From contig NC_043006.1 of the NCBI RefSeq assembly GCF_006345805.1, positions 61,938,001-62,002,000 of the forward strand: a stretch of 64,000 bases of DNA. Direction: 5' to 3'. Origin of the DNA: Octopus sinensis (taxonomy: Eukaryota). The notes under the pieces are model-generated. The model was not told the origin of the DNA. It saw only the letters and a list, made by a program, of their open reading frames with translations, and did no database searches. Shown here in pieces: positions 52,054 to 64,000 of this stretch; the first letter of the stretch is position 1; each line of letters starts with the position of its first letter. The position numbers and the translations under genes are program-made.

Positions 52054-52859
52054 TATATATGGTATTTAATGTGATGTACGATACCCCTAGGTGACAAAAA
52101 AAGTCATTACTCTAGTAGATTGAATGTTATGTGAAATGGAATGTTGACTACCACACAACCATGATAACGTATGAAGTCATCTTGAGGCAATAATTTTCAT
52201 GCTGGCAAATGATTAAAAGTGGATGTTATTTCTATAAGTGATGTGAATAGCTTGCAACTTTTGGGATTCTGAGTGGTTATGAATGGATATGTTTTGGAGT
52301 CGGAGATCTATTACAGTTTTCTGTATTTCTTAATGAAGGTGATGCATCCCTATTTAGAAAAAAATATTTCTTCTTTCACATGTAATATATGTACTGCTTT
52401 CACTACAGTTAATACATCTCTCCAAATAATTGCAGTTATCGAAATATTTCAGTCTGTGTCTTCCCACGTACGGCGCCAATTTCTTACTGAATTTTCTCGT
52501 ACCAATTCTACTCTCTGAAATCGGCGACTAATCAATATCGTTTTAACATTTTTGAACGATACCAATTTCCTGGGTTCACATTTGCAGTTCATGATGAGTT
52601 GAAGAGTAGCGTTTTCTCGAGCTGGTAATTATAAACAATGAGATGCTAACCATTGCCGTACGACACCAGAAATTATTTTGTCTATGTCATAATCTTATTC
52701 CTTCACACTACTTCCCACAAGGAGCTCATGATGGACATCAAAGTAAATTCTTTATTTGACCGTCTGACCTCTTCTACATTTACGTTTCCCCCTAAAATGG
52801 ACGATCAGCCTCACCTTCATATATATTTCTTTACTGCCTACAAAGGGTTAAACAAAGAG

Positions 52860-53060
52860 ACGACAGACAAGGACAGACAAACAGATTAAGTCAATTATAT
52901 CGACCCCAGTGCGTAACTGGTACTTAATTTATCGACCCCGAAAGAATGAAAGGCAAAGTCGACCTCGGCGGAATTTGAACTCAAAACGTAACGGCAGACG
53001 AAATACGGCTACGCATTTCGCCCGGCGTACTAACGTTTCTGCCAGCTCACCGGCCTTCTC
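52860..53060 (-). mobile_element. SINE of the second family
   Basis: Same core as about 46470 and about 61800. Confidence 0.75.
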
Positions 53061-53269
53061 ACCTTCATATATTTAAGCGAATCTGCAGCATGATATACAT
53101 TTAGACTACCACAATTACGATCCAACTAACATTGGGATCCCTTTAATCCTAACGACATAGTAGCCGCACACTCATGTTTCGCCACTTGAACGAATTTGTA
53201 TTCTGTTATAGTATACTAGCAGAGATACCAGACGTTGCTCGGGATTAAAATGGCATGTTTTTTTTGTTG

Positions 53270-53560
53270 CTATACTTGTTTCAGTCATGTGACAGCATCC
53301 ATGCTGGAGCACCGCATTTAGTCGAACAAATCAAGCCACATATTTCTTTTGTAAGCCTAGTATTTATTCTATCGGTGTCTTTTGTGGAACTGCTAAGTTA
53401 AGGTGACGTAAAGAAAAAAAAACGTTTGTCAAGCGATGGTGGTGGTACAAACACAGTCACATACATACACTCACACGAATATAGACATATATACAACAGT
53501 CTCCTTTCCGTTTCCATGTACGAAATCCATTCAAAAGGCTTTGGTCGGCTTGCGGTTACA
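53270..53560 (-). mobile_element. Partial SINE of the 51507 family
   Basis: CTTGTTTCAGTCATGTGAC..CCATGCTGGAGCACCGC..GGCTTTGGTCGGC. Confidence 0.7.
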
Positions 53561-53588
53561 CTATATATATATATTTATATATAAATAC

Positions 53589-53670
<82 letters not shown>

Positions 53671-54286
53671 AGAACGCTATTAGGTATTTAAAAAAAACAG
53701 TAGATCCGACGTCAAATGCAGACCCTAGGAAGAGAAGGGGTAAAGAAATATTAAGTAGAGAACAAATAAAGAGGGATATATTGGTTGAAAAGATGTTCAA
53801 AGTCTTGGAAGTAGATTTCTCTATTGAAGTAAAGTGCACGTTGAACTAAATGTTCAAACTATAAAAACTGGTAAAAATCACGTATATGAGCTAAAGTTAT
53901 GTTTCTGCCAGTGCTTACATTTGTAAGAGCGCTCTATAAATGTGTTAACAAGTTGATTCTTAGAGAAGAAAATATGGAAGAGTTCAGAGTTACAAATGTT
54001 ACAAAATCCTTTGCCCTTATCACAAGGAAAGATATGGACAGGATGAACCAATCTAACTTAAAATCATTATTGTTGTCTTTAAGATACCAAACCAATTTAC
54101 ATAGCCCTGTGCTATAGCGTTTACTGCTATCCCTAAATGAAGAATAATGGTTGGAAATTCTCTAAGATAACTGGGAAGAGGATGCGCCAATGTAGAAGTA
54201 GAGATATAGAATTCTTGATCTTAGAATTATTAGACATAAATTTAATTCATTTGGGGTTGTCCTCAGAGAGCAAAACTATGTTTTTA

Positions 54287-54314
<28 letters not shown>

Positions 54315-54318
<4 letters not shown>

Positions 54319-54871
54319 GAGTGAGCGAGCAGAGCATGCCATCAAAGTGACACTGGGGTAAAATATACGAAGCCCAGTATACCCATCATGACTACCCGTC
54401 TGATAAGGTACACCAGGCACATGCATCACAACCATATGTGCGCGACGTGCTGATCTCATATCAAGATAAACAGCACATGACCTTGCATGTGGAGCCCAGT
54501 TAGAATTTTCTTCAGATCGAGTAACCCATCCCGCTCAAAAGGTCCCTGAATAAGGGTTGTTTAAGGACGTTGAACGAAACACCCATCTTTCGAGAGGTGA
54601 ATTATTCAAACCCCAAAGAATCCTTCTCAACACATGGCTATGATGCTCCTCCACTACTTCTGCTCGTGATCAGAGATGCACATATCGTCAGCCACTAAGG
54701 GACATGCTCAACTGGTTAAGGTCAAACAACTGACAAGCAAATCTGTGGTATTGAGCAGAACATTTGCTGTAGCCCATCTTTTATACCAAGACAAAACAAT
54801 GTACATGATAACACTTCCAATCAGTTAAGATCAGAAGCCATGAGAGCCACTGCCTGGTACTGCATCAGGGC

Positions 54872-54902
<31 letters not shown>

Positions 54903-55184
54903 TCCAGAGGTGAATTATTCAAACCCCAAAGAATCCCTCTCAACACATGGCTATGATGCTCCCCCACTACTTCTGCTCGTGATCAGAGATGCACATATCG
55001 TCAGCCACTAAGGGTCATGCTCAACTGGTTAAGGTCAAACAACTGACAAGCAAATCTGTGGTATTGAGCAGAATATTTGCTGTAGCCCATCTTTTATACC
55101 AAGACAAAACAACGTACATGATAACACTTCCAATCAGTTAAGATCAGAAACCATGAGAGCCACTGCCTGGTACTGCATCAGGGC

Positions 55185-55190
<6 letters not shown>
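54315..55190 (-). mobile_element. (AAT)n-tailed interspersed repeat plus a tandem partial duplicate (54900-55190)
   Basis: Reverse complement of the 7595-8040 family; about 290 bp are duplicated. Confidence 0.85.
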
Positions 55191-55244
<54 letters not shown>

Positions 55245-55272
55245 CATTATTATTATTATGATCATCATCATC

Positions 55273-55334
<62 letters not shown>

Positions 55335-55429
55335 CATTATTATCATTATTATTATCATTATTATTATTATTATTACTAGTATTATCATTATTATTATTAT
55401 TATTATTATGTGATGGCGGGAATTAACAA

Positions 55430-55612
55430 AATTAATGTTGGAACTTCCACAAAATGAACTTTTATTTAGCAGACTGGTATTATGAGAAGACATAATTTGT
55501 GAAAGATTCTTTGTGTTGGAGAAGGCAACTCTAACTATATGAGAATTAATAATTGAATAATATCTAGAATTTTTTGGAAAGTTCTTACCAACCACTTCAC
55601 GGAACTGCAAAG
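55430..55612 (-). mobile_element. PLE RT-endonuclease linker fragment
   Basis: VGKNFPKNSRYYSIINSHIVRVAFSNTKNLSQIMSSHN resembles the PLE consensus KHFPK....KIFN..TVKVSYSC..N...I.SSHN. Confidence 0.6.
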
Positions 55613-55619
55613 GAAGATT

Positions 55620-56592
55620 TGATTTAATTTACTTCCCATACTGAATAACACCACCTGTGCCTGATCTGTCTTCTCTGTTAGTAATGTCAGGTCATCAACA
55701 TAGTCTAGGTCAGTTAATGTTACTGGTTGATGCCATCTAATGCTTTGCCTATGCAGTTTGAATCCCAGTTCTTCTTTCTTGCTCTCGTACGTTCAACATA
55801 TTAATATAGTCCAGAACGATGGCGAAGAGATAAGATGCTAGCGTGTCGCCTTGTAATACTCCGGCTATGACTTCAAAGTATTCCGTCACTCCATCATGAG
55901 TGATCACTTTCGCTCAACTGTTCTCATACATATTCCTTATTGCTTTCAGAATGTTTGGTGGAATATCATATGCATTAAGTGTTTTCATCATCATTCCTGT
56001 AAGTACTGAATCAAAAGCCTTTTTAAAGTCTACGTAGATAATGATAGCCTTCCCGTTGTGGCTTTTAACTCCTCTATTAGTCTTTTCAGCAAGGAATCAT
56101 CACATGTAAATCAAAGGACGAGAGAATCAAGAAATGATGCACTCATTTGTACAACTATCTTGGGGAGGATCCAGAAATTGACAGGGAAACAGAACATGAA
56201 GAATTAGCAAAGACAATTGACGGTTTGCAAATCGAGGATGGAAACTTCACAAAACAAGAAATAGGAAGAGCTACAAGTAACCTAAAAGAACGAAAGAAAA
56301 CCGGTCCTGACAACATCCCACCAGAAGTTTTAAACGTATGTGATTTAGACTACATCATCCTTGAATTTGCAAACAAACAACTAAATGACACTGGGAAGCC
56401 AGAACAATAGTCTGAGATAGACTTGCTACCACTGCTCAAAGCTAGAAACCTAAGGGATACTAGGAATTACAGAGGGAACAGTCTGTCTTCCGTTGTCGCA
56501 AAAATGGTCAACAAGATGATACAATATTAGACAAACAATTGCGACCAGAACAAAATGGATTCAGAGCAGGACGGTCAATAACATCTCAAATA
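55620..56592. mobile_element. RTE-like LINE RT fragment with an inverted 5' segment
   Basis: Plus strand 56099-56592: KTGPDNIPPEVL...NYRG..LSSVVAK...LRPEQNGFRAGRSITSQI. Minus strand from 56098 downward: (LA)LKRLIE.VKSHNGKAIIIYVDFKKAFDS...DLDYVDD. Confidence 0.85.
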
Positions 56593-57499
56593 GAAATATT
56601 TTTGACTTTAACTTAGAAGTGGAAACTGAGCATTGCGATCTAAACAAACTGAGCGTTGTCACACTGCCGTCACAGCAATAAAGCTGATTTAATACAAACG
56701 GTAAAAATCAACCAATATAGATGTAATAACATAGATATAATATTGAAATCTATATTGTTACATCTGTATGATTTTATCTCATGGGCACATCTCAAACAAA
56801 TTCTCGATAACATTATTGTCTTTGTCGTTAACCCATGCGATATTAGAGGAAAGATACAAACTGCGAACATTTAAAGTAACATGCCATTTCATTATGAAGT
56901 AGAAGGATAGGCAGCGCTTATATTCCAATATTGTAAAAGCAACCCTTACACCATGCCATCCTAAAACAAATATTGCTTAGAAAATATTCCAAGCAGGGAA
57001 AAGCAATACTCTTAAGTTGCAATCGTCGTTATCCTCGGGGGGGGGGGGGGGGTTAATATATTGAAATGATAAAGAATACATTTTATAACATTGAAGGTAT
57101 ATATTTCTGTTGCAGATGAACAGTTCTGTAGTCAATTTTTCATCGTGGGAGATGGAATATAATTTCCCAGAAAGATCAAACGCCATCCATAAACCTTTTG
57201 GCATCTATTTCAATCACTTTCCAAATATTTTCTTCGCGTAGAAATAAACACAAGGAGTTTATTTATCTGAAGCGCTGGATGTATTGTTATACTGAAAAAT
57301 TGTATGCACAATGTAATCTTCGTAATGTATTTTTTATTTACTTTCGTTCGCTCCTCCCATATCGTGACATTTTTTGCGTTTCTCATTATCCTACACAGTA
57401 TAGCGTAATATTCATATAACTATACATTATTCTGAACATTATGCAGGCATATAACTATTTGCGTATATTTCACTTTATTCAAAATCTTCTTATTCTGAT

Positions 57500-57568
57500 A
57501 AATCTCCCTCTCTCCCTCCCTCTCTCTCTCTCTCTTTCTCTCTATCTCTCTCTTTCTCTCTCTCTCTT

Positions 57569-57613
<45 letters not shown>

Positions 57614-57655
57614 TTCTCTATCTCTCTCTTTCTGTCTCTCTCTCTCTCTCTCGGT
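57500..57655. repeat. (CT)n-rich microsatellite
   Basis: Direct reading. Confidence 0.95.
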
Positions 57656-58059
57656 CTCCATCCATATATCTCACATTCTTCTCCCCCTCTTTCTCTGTAC
57701 TTCTGTACGTTTATATATGTGCGTGTGTGCATGATGAATGTGCGTGAGTGTGTGTGTGTCTGTGTATGCGTTTGCGTCTCTTAATTCTTAAGGTGTTAGT
57801 GAATAACAACATTCTGTACTGAATATTTGTTATTCAACAAACACCGCGGCCATGACATCCGAATTTCCTTCTTATCAAGAAATAGAATGATATTTCTATC
57901 ATAACCTTGTCTTAGATATCAACAATAATCTATTACAAGGGGTGTTGATTCATGGAAAGTTTTCCCATTGAATTATATACAAGGAACACATGCTCAGACC
58001 ATGCAAAATTTAAGTTGTTCCAAGGAAGACTCAACGGGCCCGTTATCAAAGAAACAGCA

Positions 58060-58700
58060 CAAAAGTGTTAAAGAAACGATGGTAACAATTACTAATGGAG
58101 TACTGTGCTACATTCACACCGTCTCGAAACAAGGTGTAATGAATTCAGAGAAATGCTCTTTTACATGTACCCTAGAAAGGACGGCTTCTGTTTAATAACT
58201 GCAATGGTAACAAGATTAATTTTAACATAAACAGTTGGAATGCTTCTTTGCTTATTTTTTTTCTGATCAGTTTCTTTTGCTTTGAGAGTATTTCGACAAC
58301 TTAATCGCTAAAATCAGGAAGGCAATTCAAAGCGTGTACGATGGTTTTGTAAGACACGTCTCTCACGTGCCTTTGGGAATTATTGAGCAGCATATTAGTT
58401 CTGTTATATTTGTATTTTACAATACTTTTACGCGGAAAGAGAACAAATTGTTGAAAGCATGCTTAAAGAAGATTGTTTAGACAATCAATATGCTCTGAAT
58501 TGTTTCAATAGAGAAGCTTTCGGAATTACATGTTTTGTTTTTAAAAAGTAATTCATAAAATCTAAAATTAATGAATAAATATTAATGATAATGTACCATT
58601 TGAAGAATAAATGCGTCTTGATACTTAAATTGAAGTAATGAAAGCTTTTTAAAAGGTATATTTAAGCAATGGTTAATGTCAACTGCTATAAACATAATAT
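58060..58700 (+). mobile_element. Very decayed hAT transposase relic
   Basis: MVTITNG (TTDG-like) and RVRWFCK (VRWLS-like); many stops. Confidence 0.3.
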
Positions 58701-58879
58701 TGAATAAAAGTAATTTATAAAGATTGCAATAAGCAACAAAAAAATAATTGATAACAGAGTTTCTAAACAAGCTGATAGAATAATACAATCATCTGTCAAT
58801 TATATTCGAGCATAAGAAACAAGAAATGTGAGCATTTAACAAAACGAAATAATAATTGTTGGTAAATTCATTATCATTA

Positions 58880-59830
58880 CTTTGCGTTGTTTTGAGAATT
58901 ATGCTTTTATTCCGTTTTTTTTTCAGTAAGGATAAGCCAATAATAAGAGATGACAGTTCTTTACAGAAAAAAACAACAACTTTGCGTGTGTATATTGTTC
59001 AGGACGCTAATATTGGTAACGCAAGTTTTCTAAAGAATCACACCAAACTTTTTGGGAATTCTAATGTTTTAGAACATCAATTTCGGCATTTGCTCGCAGT
59101 ATTCTAATTAGTGGACGATCTTTTTCAAAGATTCTAATTTGTGCCTCCAAATTCAGCTGTTTTGCAAATCAGAGAGCTGCATGTTAAATATTCCAGAATG
59201 AATTAACTGCAACATTCCCAAGGACATGTTGTCTAAAGTTACGCTGTTAATGTATTTATTGAATTGAGTAGTTTCTAAAAATTGTTCTGTTGTTTATTAA
59301 ATAAAATCTAATTATTATGTTGCTTTCTGAATGTGTCTTGTCTCATTAGCGTCATTATGTCACATGTGTTCTTACAGCAATTGATGTATATGGAATTTAT
59401 TGGTTTATCTTAGAAAAAAAGGAAAAGAATATAAGTAGTTCCCCAATCCATGTGAACAGGTCTTCAAAGGAGTTAAATATGAAGAGAAATCGGTAACATA
59501 CAGAAATCTACAGGCCCACATGATATCAAAGCGTCTCGACAAAAAATATTTTATTTCTCAAAACAGTCGATTTCCAGTCGTAAATTCATCAATTCGTTTA
59601 AAAACATAACTTTAACCAGTGAACCTAGTCATTGATAAGTACCTTTTTCTCATCAATATTACATCACCCGTTAAATTATGAAATTTCCTTGTTTCAAAGC
59701 ACATACTATACAAAATACTAACTGTTGTTTTTACAGAAAAATATAACCATATATCCATGCCCCAGAGAAACTTTTTTCGGTCACCGTGGAACAAAAGACT
59801 ACAAATGACGATCTTCCGAAAAGTATACAC
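58880..59830 (-). mobile_element. Decayed hAT transposase C-terminal relic
   Basis: FNMQLSDLQNS*IWRHK...ANAEIDVLKH*NS...KLALPILA resembles the hAT dimerization region. Confidence 0.4.
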
Positions 59831-60239
59831 AATTTAAGTCTCAGCTGATAGATCAAAGTGCAACATTGTTTGCTAGAGAAACACGAACTGTTTTTGAAAT
59901 GTAATTTTCTGCTCCCTTATAATACCACAACCGTAAGCTAATGTATGCTAATTGTGCATGAACATGTATATTGTTTTATGGACAGAATTATAAATAGTTC
60001 ATTAATGAGAAACACAGGCAGACTAACCTTGGATTATAAGTGTTCGTATATTTTATGGTGCTCATTACGTTCAATAAATAGCCGACATAGACACAAATAT
60101 ATAACAAAAGTAAAAATGACGAGCCTATATTTTTAATAGTAATGAACGTGCACAGGGTATAACATACTCGATAATTCACAAAGGAAATGTTCATTAATAC
60201 TTTTAGTATAACATATAACACGTAAAACTAATGGCAACA

Positions 60240-61070
60240 TGATCAAGACTCGTTAACTGATAGAGCCACTCGTTTTCTTCCACTCTAAGTGCTTTTACAA
60301 TCAGTTTTTTTCCACTAGTTTCTGTTCTGTGTCAGGCATAACAGGTTCGCAGTATTCTAACCTGTCCAGTTTTTGATGTTGCCGAACCTTATTTTCCCTC
60401 TGTCTTTCTTTTGCCTTCGCTCAACTGTACCCTGAAGAATGGTTTTGGACAGGGAAGTACGTCGGGATACATCACCGTACGAGACAAGCTTTCGTTTCGT
60501 CACTTTTGCCAACACAAGGAGTGGCTCTTTTCTACTAGCATATTGGTTGATTTGTTGCTTGATAAATCTGTTCCTTTTGTGCTCTATGTACGGGATGTGT
60601 AACTGCTCTGTGAATTTTGTTGGAAAACTGACCAAATTGCTTTTCCATATGTTGTTCAGATTTAGCAGCTGAGGCTATAATGGGTCTCGTTATTTCTTTT
60701 TGAAATTTACCGTCCTTGGTAAAAGTGGGTCCTAAACTACTTGAAAGGCTCCACTTCATCAAAACCTTCTGAATTCTGTTTGTTACTGTTACTTATTATG
60801 TTGCTATTCTCTTGGCTGATCTCCATCCCATATGCTCCTAACACTTTCTCCAGTCTGATAACGAGCCCCTCTAGTTCTACTCCACAGCTTCTTAAGAGAT
60901 CAATATCATCAGCAAATCATAGGATGGAAATAGGCCGTCCTACAATTGAAGGAGAATAGTCGTTGTCTTGAAGTGTCTCCTACATGATAGTTTCCACAAA
61001 CAAAGAGATTACGTATTGAAGAGAGGAGACATCGTTATCTAACATCCACTGTTGTCCTCACGAATTATCC
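60240..61070 (-). mobile_element. RTE-like LINE 3' fragment
   Basis: GRPISIL.FADDIDLL...KRKLVSYGDVSRRTSLSKTILQGTVERRQKKDRGK..FGNIKNWTG. Confidence 0.8.
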
Positions 61071-61769
61071 AATCTATCAGTAGGTAAATATATTTACATT
61101 AAACAAGGATACGAGTAGAAAGAAAAGAAAAGATAAATTGTATTGGTAAAACGAGTGAATTTATGCTAGTGTAAATACTACTTCGGATAAATAATGAAGT
61201 AATAAAGTATTTTATTAGAAACGAAACCGCCTTAAGTAAAGTTGAAAAGTGAAAGACAAAATGATAGAAAGCAAGAAGGGGAGCGTTTGTAGAGAAAAGA
61301 CAAATGTAAATTATGAGAGAACACACGAACGTAATTAAAAAGTAAACACACAGAGAGAATAATAGAAAGAAAGCGCGAGAATGAAAGCGCTATGACGAGA
61401 AAGTAACTTATATGAAAAGTATTAGAAATGAGAATCATCTCTCACGGGTAATTTGAAATCCAAGCTCTATCTCCTGCAGGAATCACATCATAAAGTGTCC
61501 GTTGGATTATTAAAAAAATTCCACAACTACACTTTATTGAGCATATTAAAGCAATCAGTCTAATTTTCTGGATGGACGCGATGGAACGTTTATGTAGACG
61601 TTATTCTGGAAATGTATGACTGCATAACTGCGCTCGCCTTTCTACTAGGGAAATAAAATACTTTTCATAGACTTCTATCGATCACTTTTCTTTACTTTGA
61701 GGTTAAGCAATGTCAATTACTTTTGGAGCTAATCTAGTTCGATAATACTTTCTTCTACGATGTCCACAA

Positions 61770-61935
61770 CGTTGGGAGAGTTTGTTGGCCGATTACATTG
61801 ACCTCAGCACTGAATTGGTACTTACTTTATCAACGCTGAACAGATAAAAATTAAAGTCGGTCTCGGCAGAATTTGAACTCAAAGCATAACGACGGACGGA
61901 ATATTGCGAATAATGTTGTCCGGCCAGCTGAGAGC
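61770..61935 (-). mobile_element. Diverged SINE of the second family
   Basis: GACCTCAGCACTGAATTGGTAC..AAAGTCGGTCTCGGCAGAATTTGAACTC. Confidence 0.6.
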
Positions 61936-62562
61936 TAGCTGTCGTAATCTAGTTTAAGAATATTATTCCATGCAAATTTATTCAAGCTTCTGTTCAATGA
62001 ATTGTGAAGCCAATTCTGGCTATATTTGAAACTTTCATTTTTACAAGCGTTCAGAGGATCTCAGTGTTCTTATAGTGAATGCGAACATAACCTTTACATT
62101 CACGGTTCTAATTTCACCGAAGAAAATATTGCATTTCTGTTTTTCATGTTCAATAAACTAATTGAAATACAATTATTTCTTTCGATGCAACTAAATAGAC
62201 AAAAAAATAGGGCAGTACATTGAAAGAAATCAATGTACTTCTGTGTCAAATGCATTCTATCTTTATGCAGAATCTCATTTTTTGTCTTTTAAGGAATAAT
62301 ATAACTTAGTGATTTATATAACATAGCATACTTTATTGTCTACACGCAACAAAAAAAAAAACGAAAAAAAAAACAAATATAGATGGAATTAAATGGAAAT
62401 AATTCATTATGGATATTCTCATATGATATCTGTACAAATTTGAGTAGGACTCATTCGAATGGCATGACTCAGTGTTTTATATGTAATACAATTGAATGTA
62501 TTTGTACACGCAACATATATATGTATGTATGTCTGATGTATACAATTATGTAAAGTTTTCAT

Positions 62563-62636
<74 letters not shown>

Positions 62637-63911
62637 CTTCCGACATATATTTCTAAGAAAATATTATAATATTCATGAGGGAATAAAATGATGTAAAACA
62701 ATGTAATCATCTCGTCAGGAAAACTGCTAGTCCCTTGATATTTTCACATGTCATTCCCATTTCTAATAATGTTTATATTTTACGTCTAATTATTTCTTTG
62801 TATAACGGTGCTCACTTGCTTGGCAAATGTTGCTTTAATTATTTTAACATCACAGTAGTCCAACAACAGAGGGAGAAGCATTTTGTCAAGTTTTACTTTA
62901 CCCTCAATGCCACATAGAGATTTCAGTTTAGGCGTCCATCTGTAATCTTTGCAGTGTGTGTGAAGGAGACCGAGAGAACATTGCAAGCAATGAATGAAGT
63001 AAACATGAAATGAAAAAAATCGTATAGATAAAAGGCCATTACACACATGTAGACACACCCGAATTTGTTGCCTCCATAACATGCAGAAAAATGAATACTC
63101 TTTAACAAAAGTTTCTACAAATACTGCTCAAATGTTGTGGCTTCAGAGTATATAGGGATTTATACGAAAGAAGTTTTGCGAGAGGGTGGAGAGTGGAATT
63201 TCAGAAAATTCACGCGATCTGACTTTTTTCCCCTTATAACTTTCAGGAAGGTGGATATCTTTTAATGAAAATTTATACAAATCCTTTTCAAACGGCATAG
63301 AATACGATTATAAAGAAATATGTGGGGAAAATCTTTTCGGGGATTTTCCCTAATTTTTTTCAACCATAGCTTTTGAAAGATGGGACTGGTGGTTATCCTT
63401 GTAAAAAAAGGCTTTGTCGGCTCTCTATCACTCATCATTTTAAGCAATCAACAACTATATGAATCTTCGAGGACAGTTGTTCCCATAAATACCAAAATGA
63501 AATTTTGGATTTAAGGAGGTACACAAACAGGACTGTGAACCCATTCAAGGAAACTGAACGAAAACAAACATGGAAGCTCGTCAGACCAGAACGAGGGGAA
63601 ATAGTGAACGGTGACAGAAATATTTTCTTTTAAGAGAGAAAAGATAGAAGAGATTGGAGATGTCCATTCCTTTGAACGTCCATGCAGGAGAAGAACGATT
63701 GTCACGTGCGAGCAACGAAATAGAAAAAGAGAAAGAAGGGGTGAGAGATAAAGACAGATAGAAAACGGTGAAGGGAGAAAAGGGAAATTAGATAGGATGA
63801 GTAGAGTCGTATCAAAAAGGTTAAGATAAGCTTACTTGGAAATGGATGCGTAGCATTCAATTAAATAAAAATAATATGAATATATATTATATGTATGTAT
63901 ATATATATATA

Positions 63912-63963
<52 letters not shown>

Positions 63964-64000
63964 ATAATATATATATATATATATCCGTAATAATGAAGGG

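Noticed and set aside
53215-53250. ACTAGC..CGTTGCTCGGG resembling a Helitron-like element 5' end
   Set aside because: Only about 35 bp, interrupted by a SINE, and no matching 3' end was found.
62860-63015. Apparent exon VCVKETERTLQAMNE
   Set aside because: Weak donor site; the surrounding reading looks more like a decayed Tc1-type N-terminus.

Overview
AT-rich, microsatellite-dense eukaryotic non-coding DNA. The tRNA-headed SINEs and LINE relics resemble octopus/cephalopod repeat families, but this organism call is an inference from pattern recognition. I found no intact host protein-coding gene; most ORFs in the supplied track are translations of (TA)n, (CA)n or (AAT)n tracts. The window is a patchwork of decayed mobile elements: R4/Dong-type and RTE-type LINEs, mariner and maT-like transposons, hAT relics, a Gypsy integrase relic, a Helitron helicase relic, SINEs and a MITE. 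The main signal is about 17 minimal type-I hammerhead ribozyme (HHR) motifs or relics from several unrelated repeat families. Most have a palindromic stem III, and several sit in tandem or inverted repeats resembling the pseudo-LTRs of Penelope-like elements (PLEs). One lies directly downstream of a PLE endonuclease C-terminus. Notable cases are a 352-bp hairpin-rich tandem unit with one intact and one core-mutated HHR plus a 136-bp fold-back (1368-2151, duplicated at 3503-4286), recurring non-canonical HHR cores, a 118-bp palindrome centred on an HHR-like core, and an RTE LINE with a twin-priming-like 5' inversion. All structures and translations were read by eye; nothing was folded, aligned or searched computationally.
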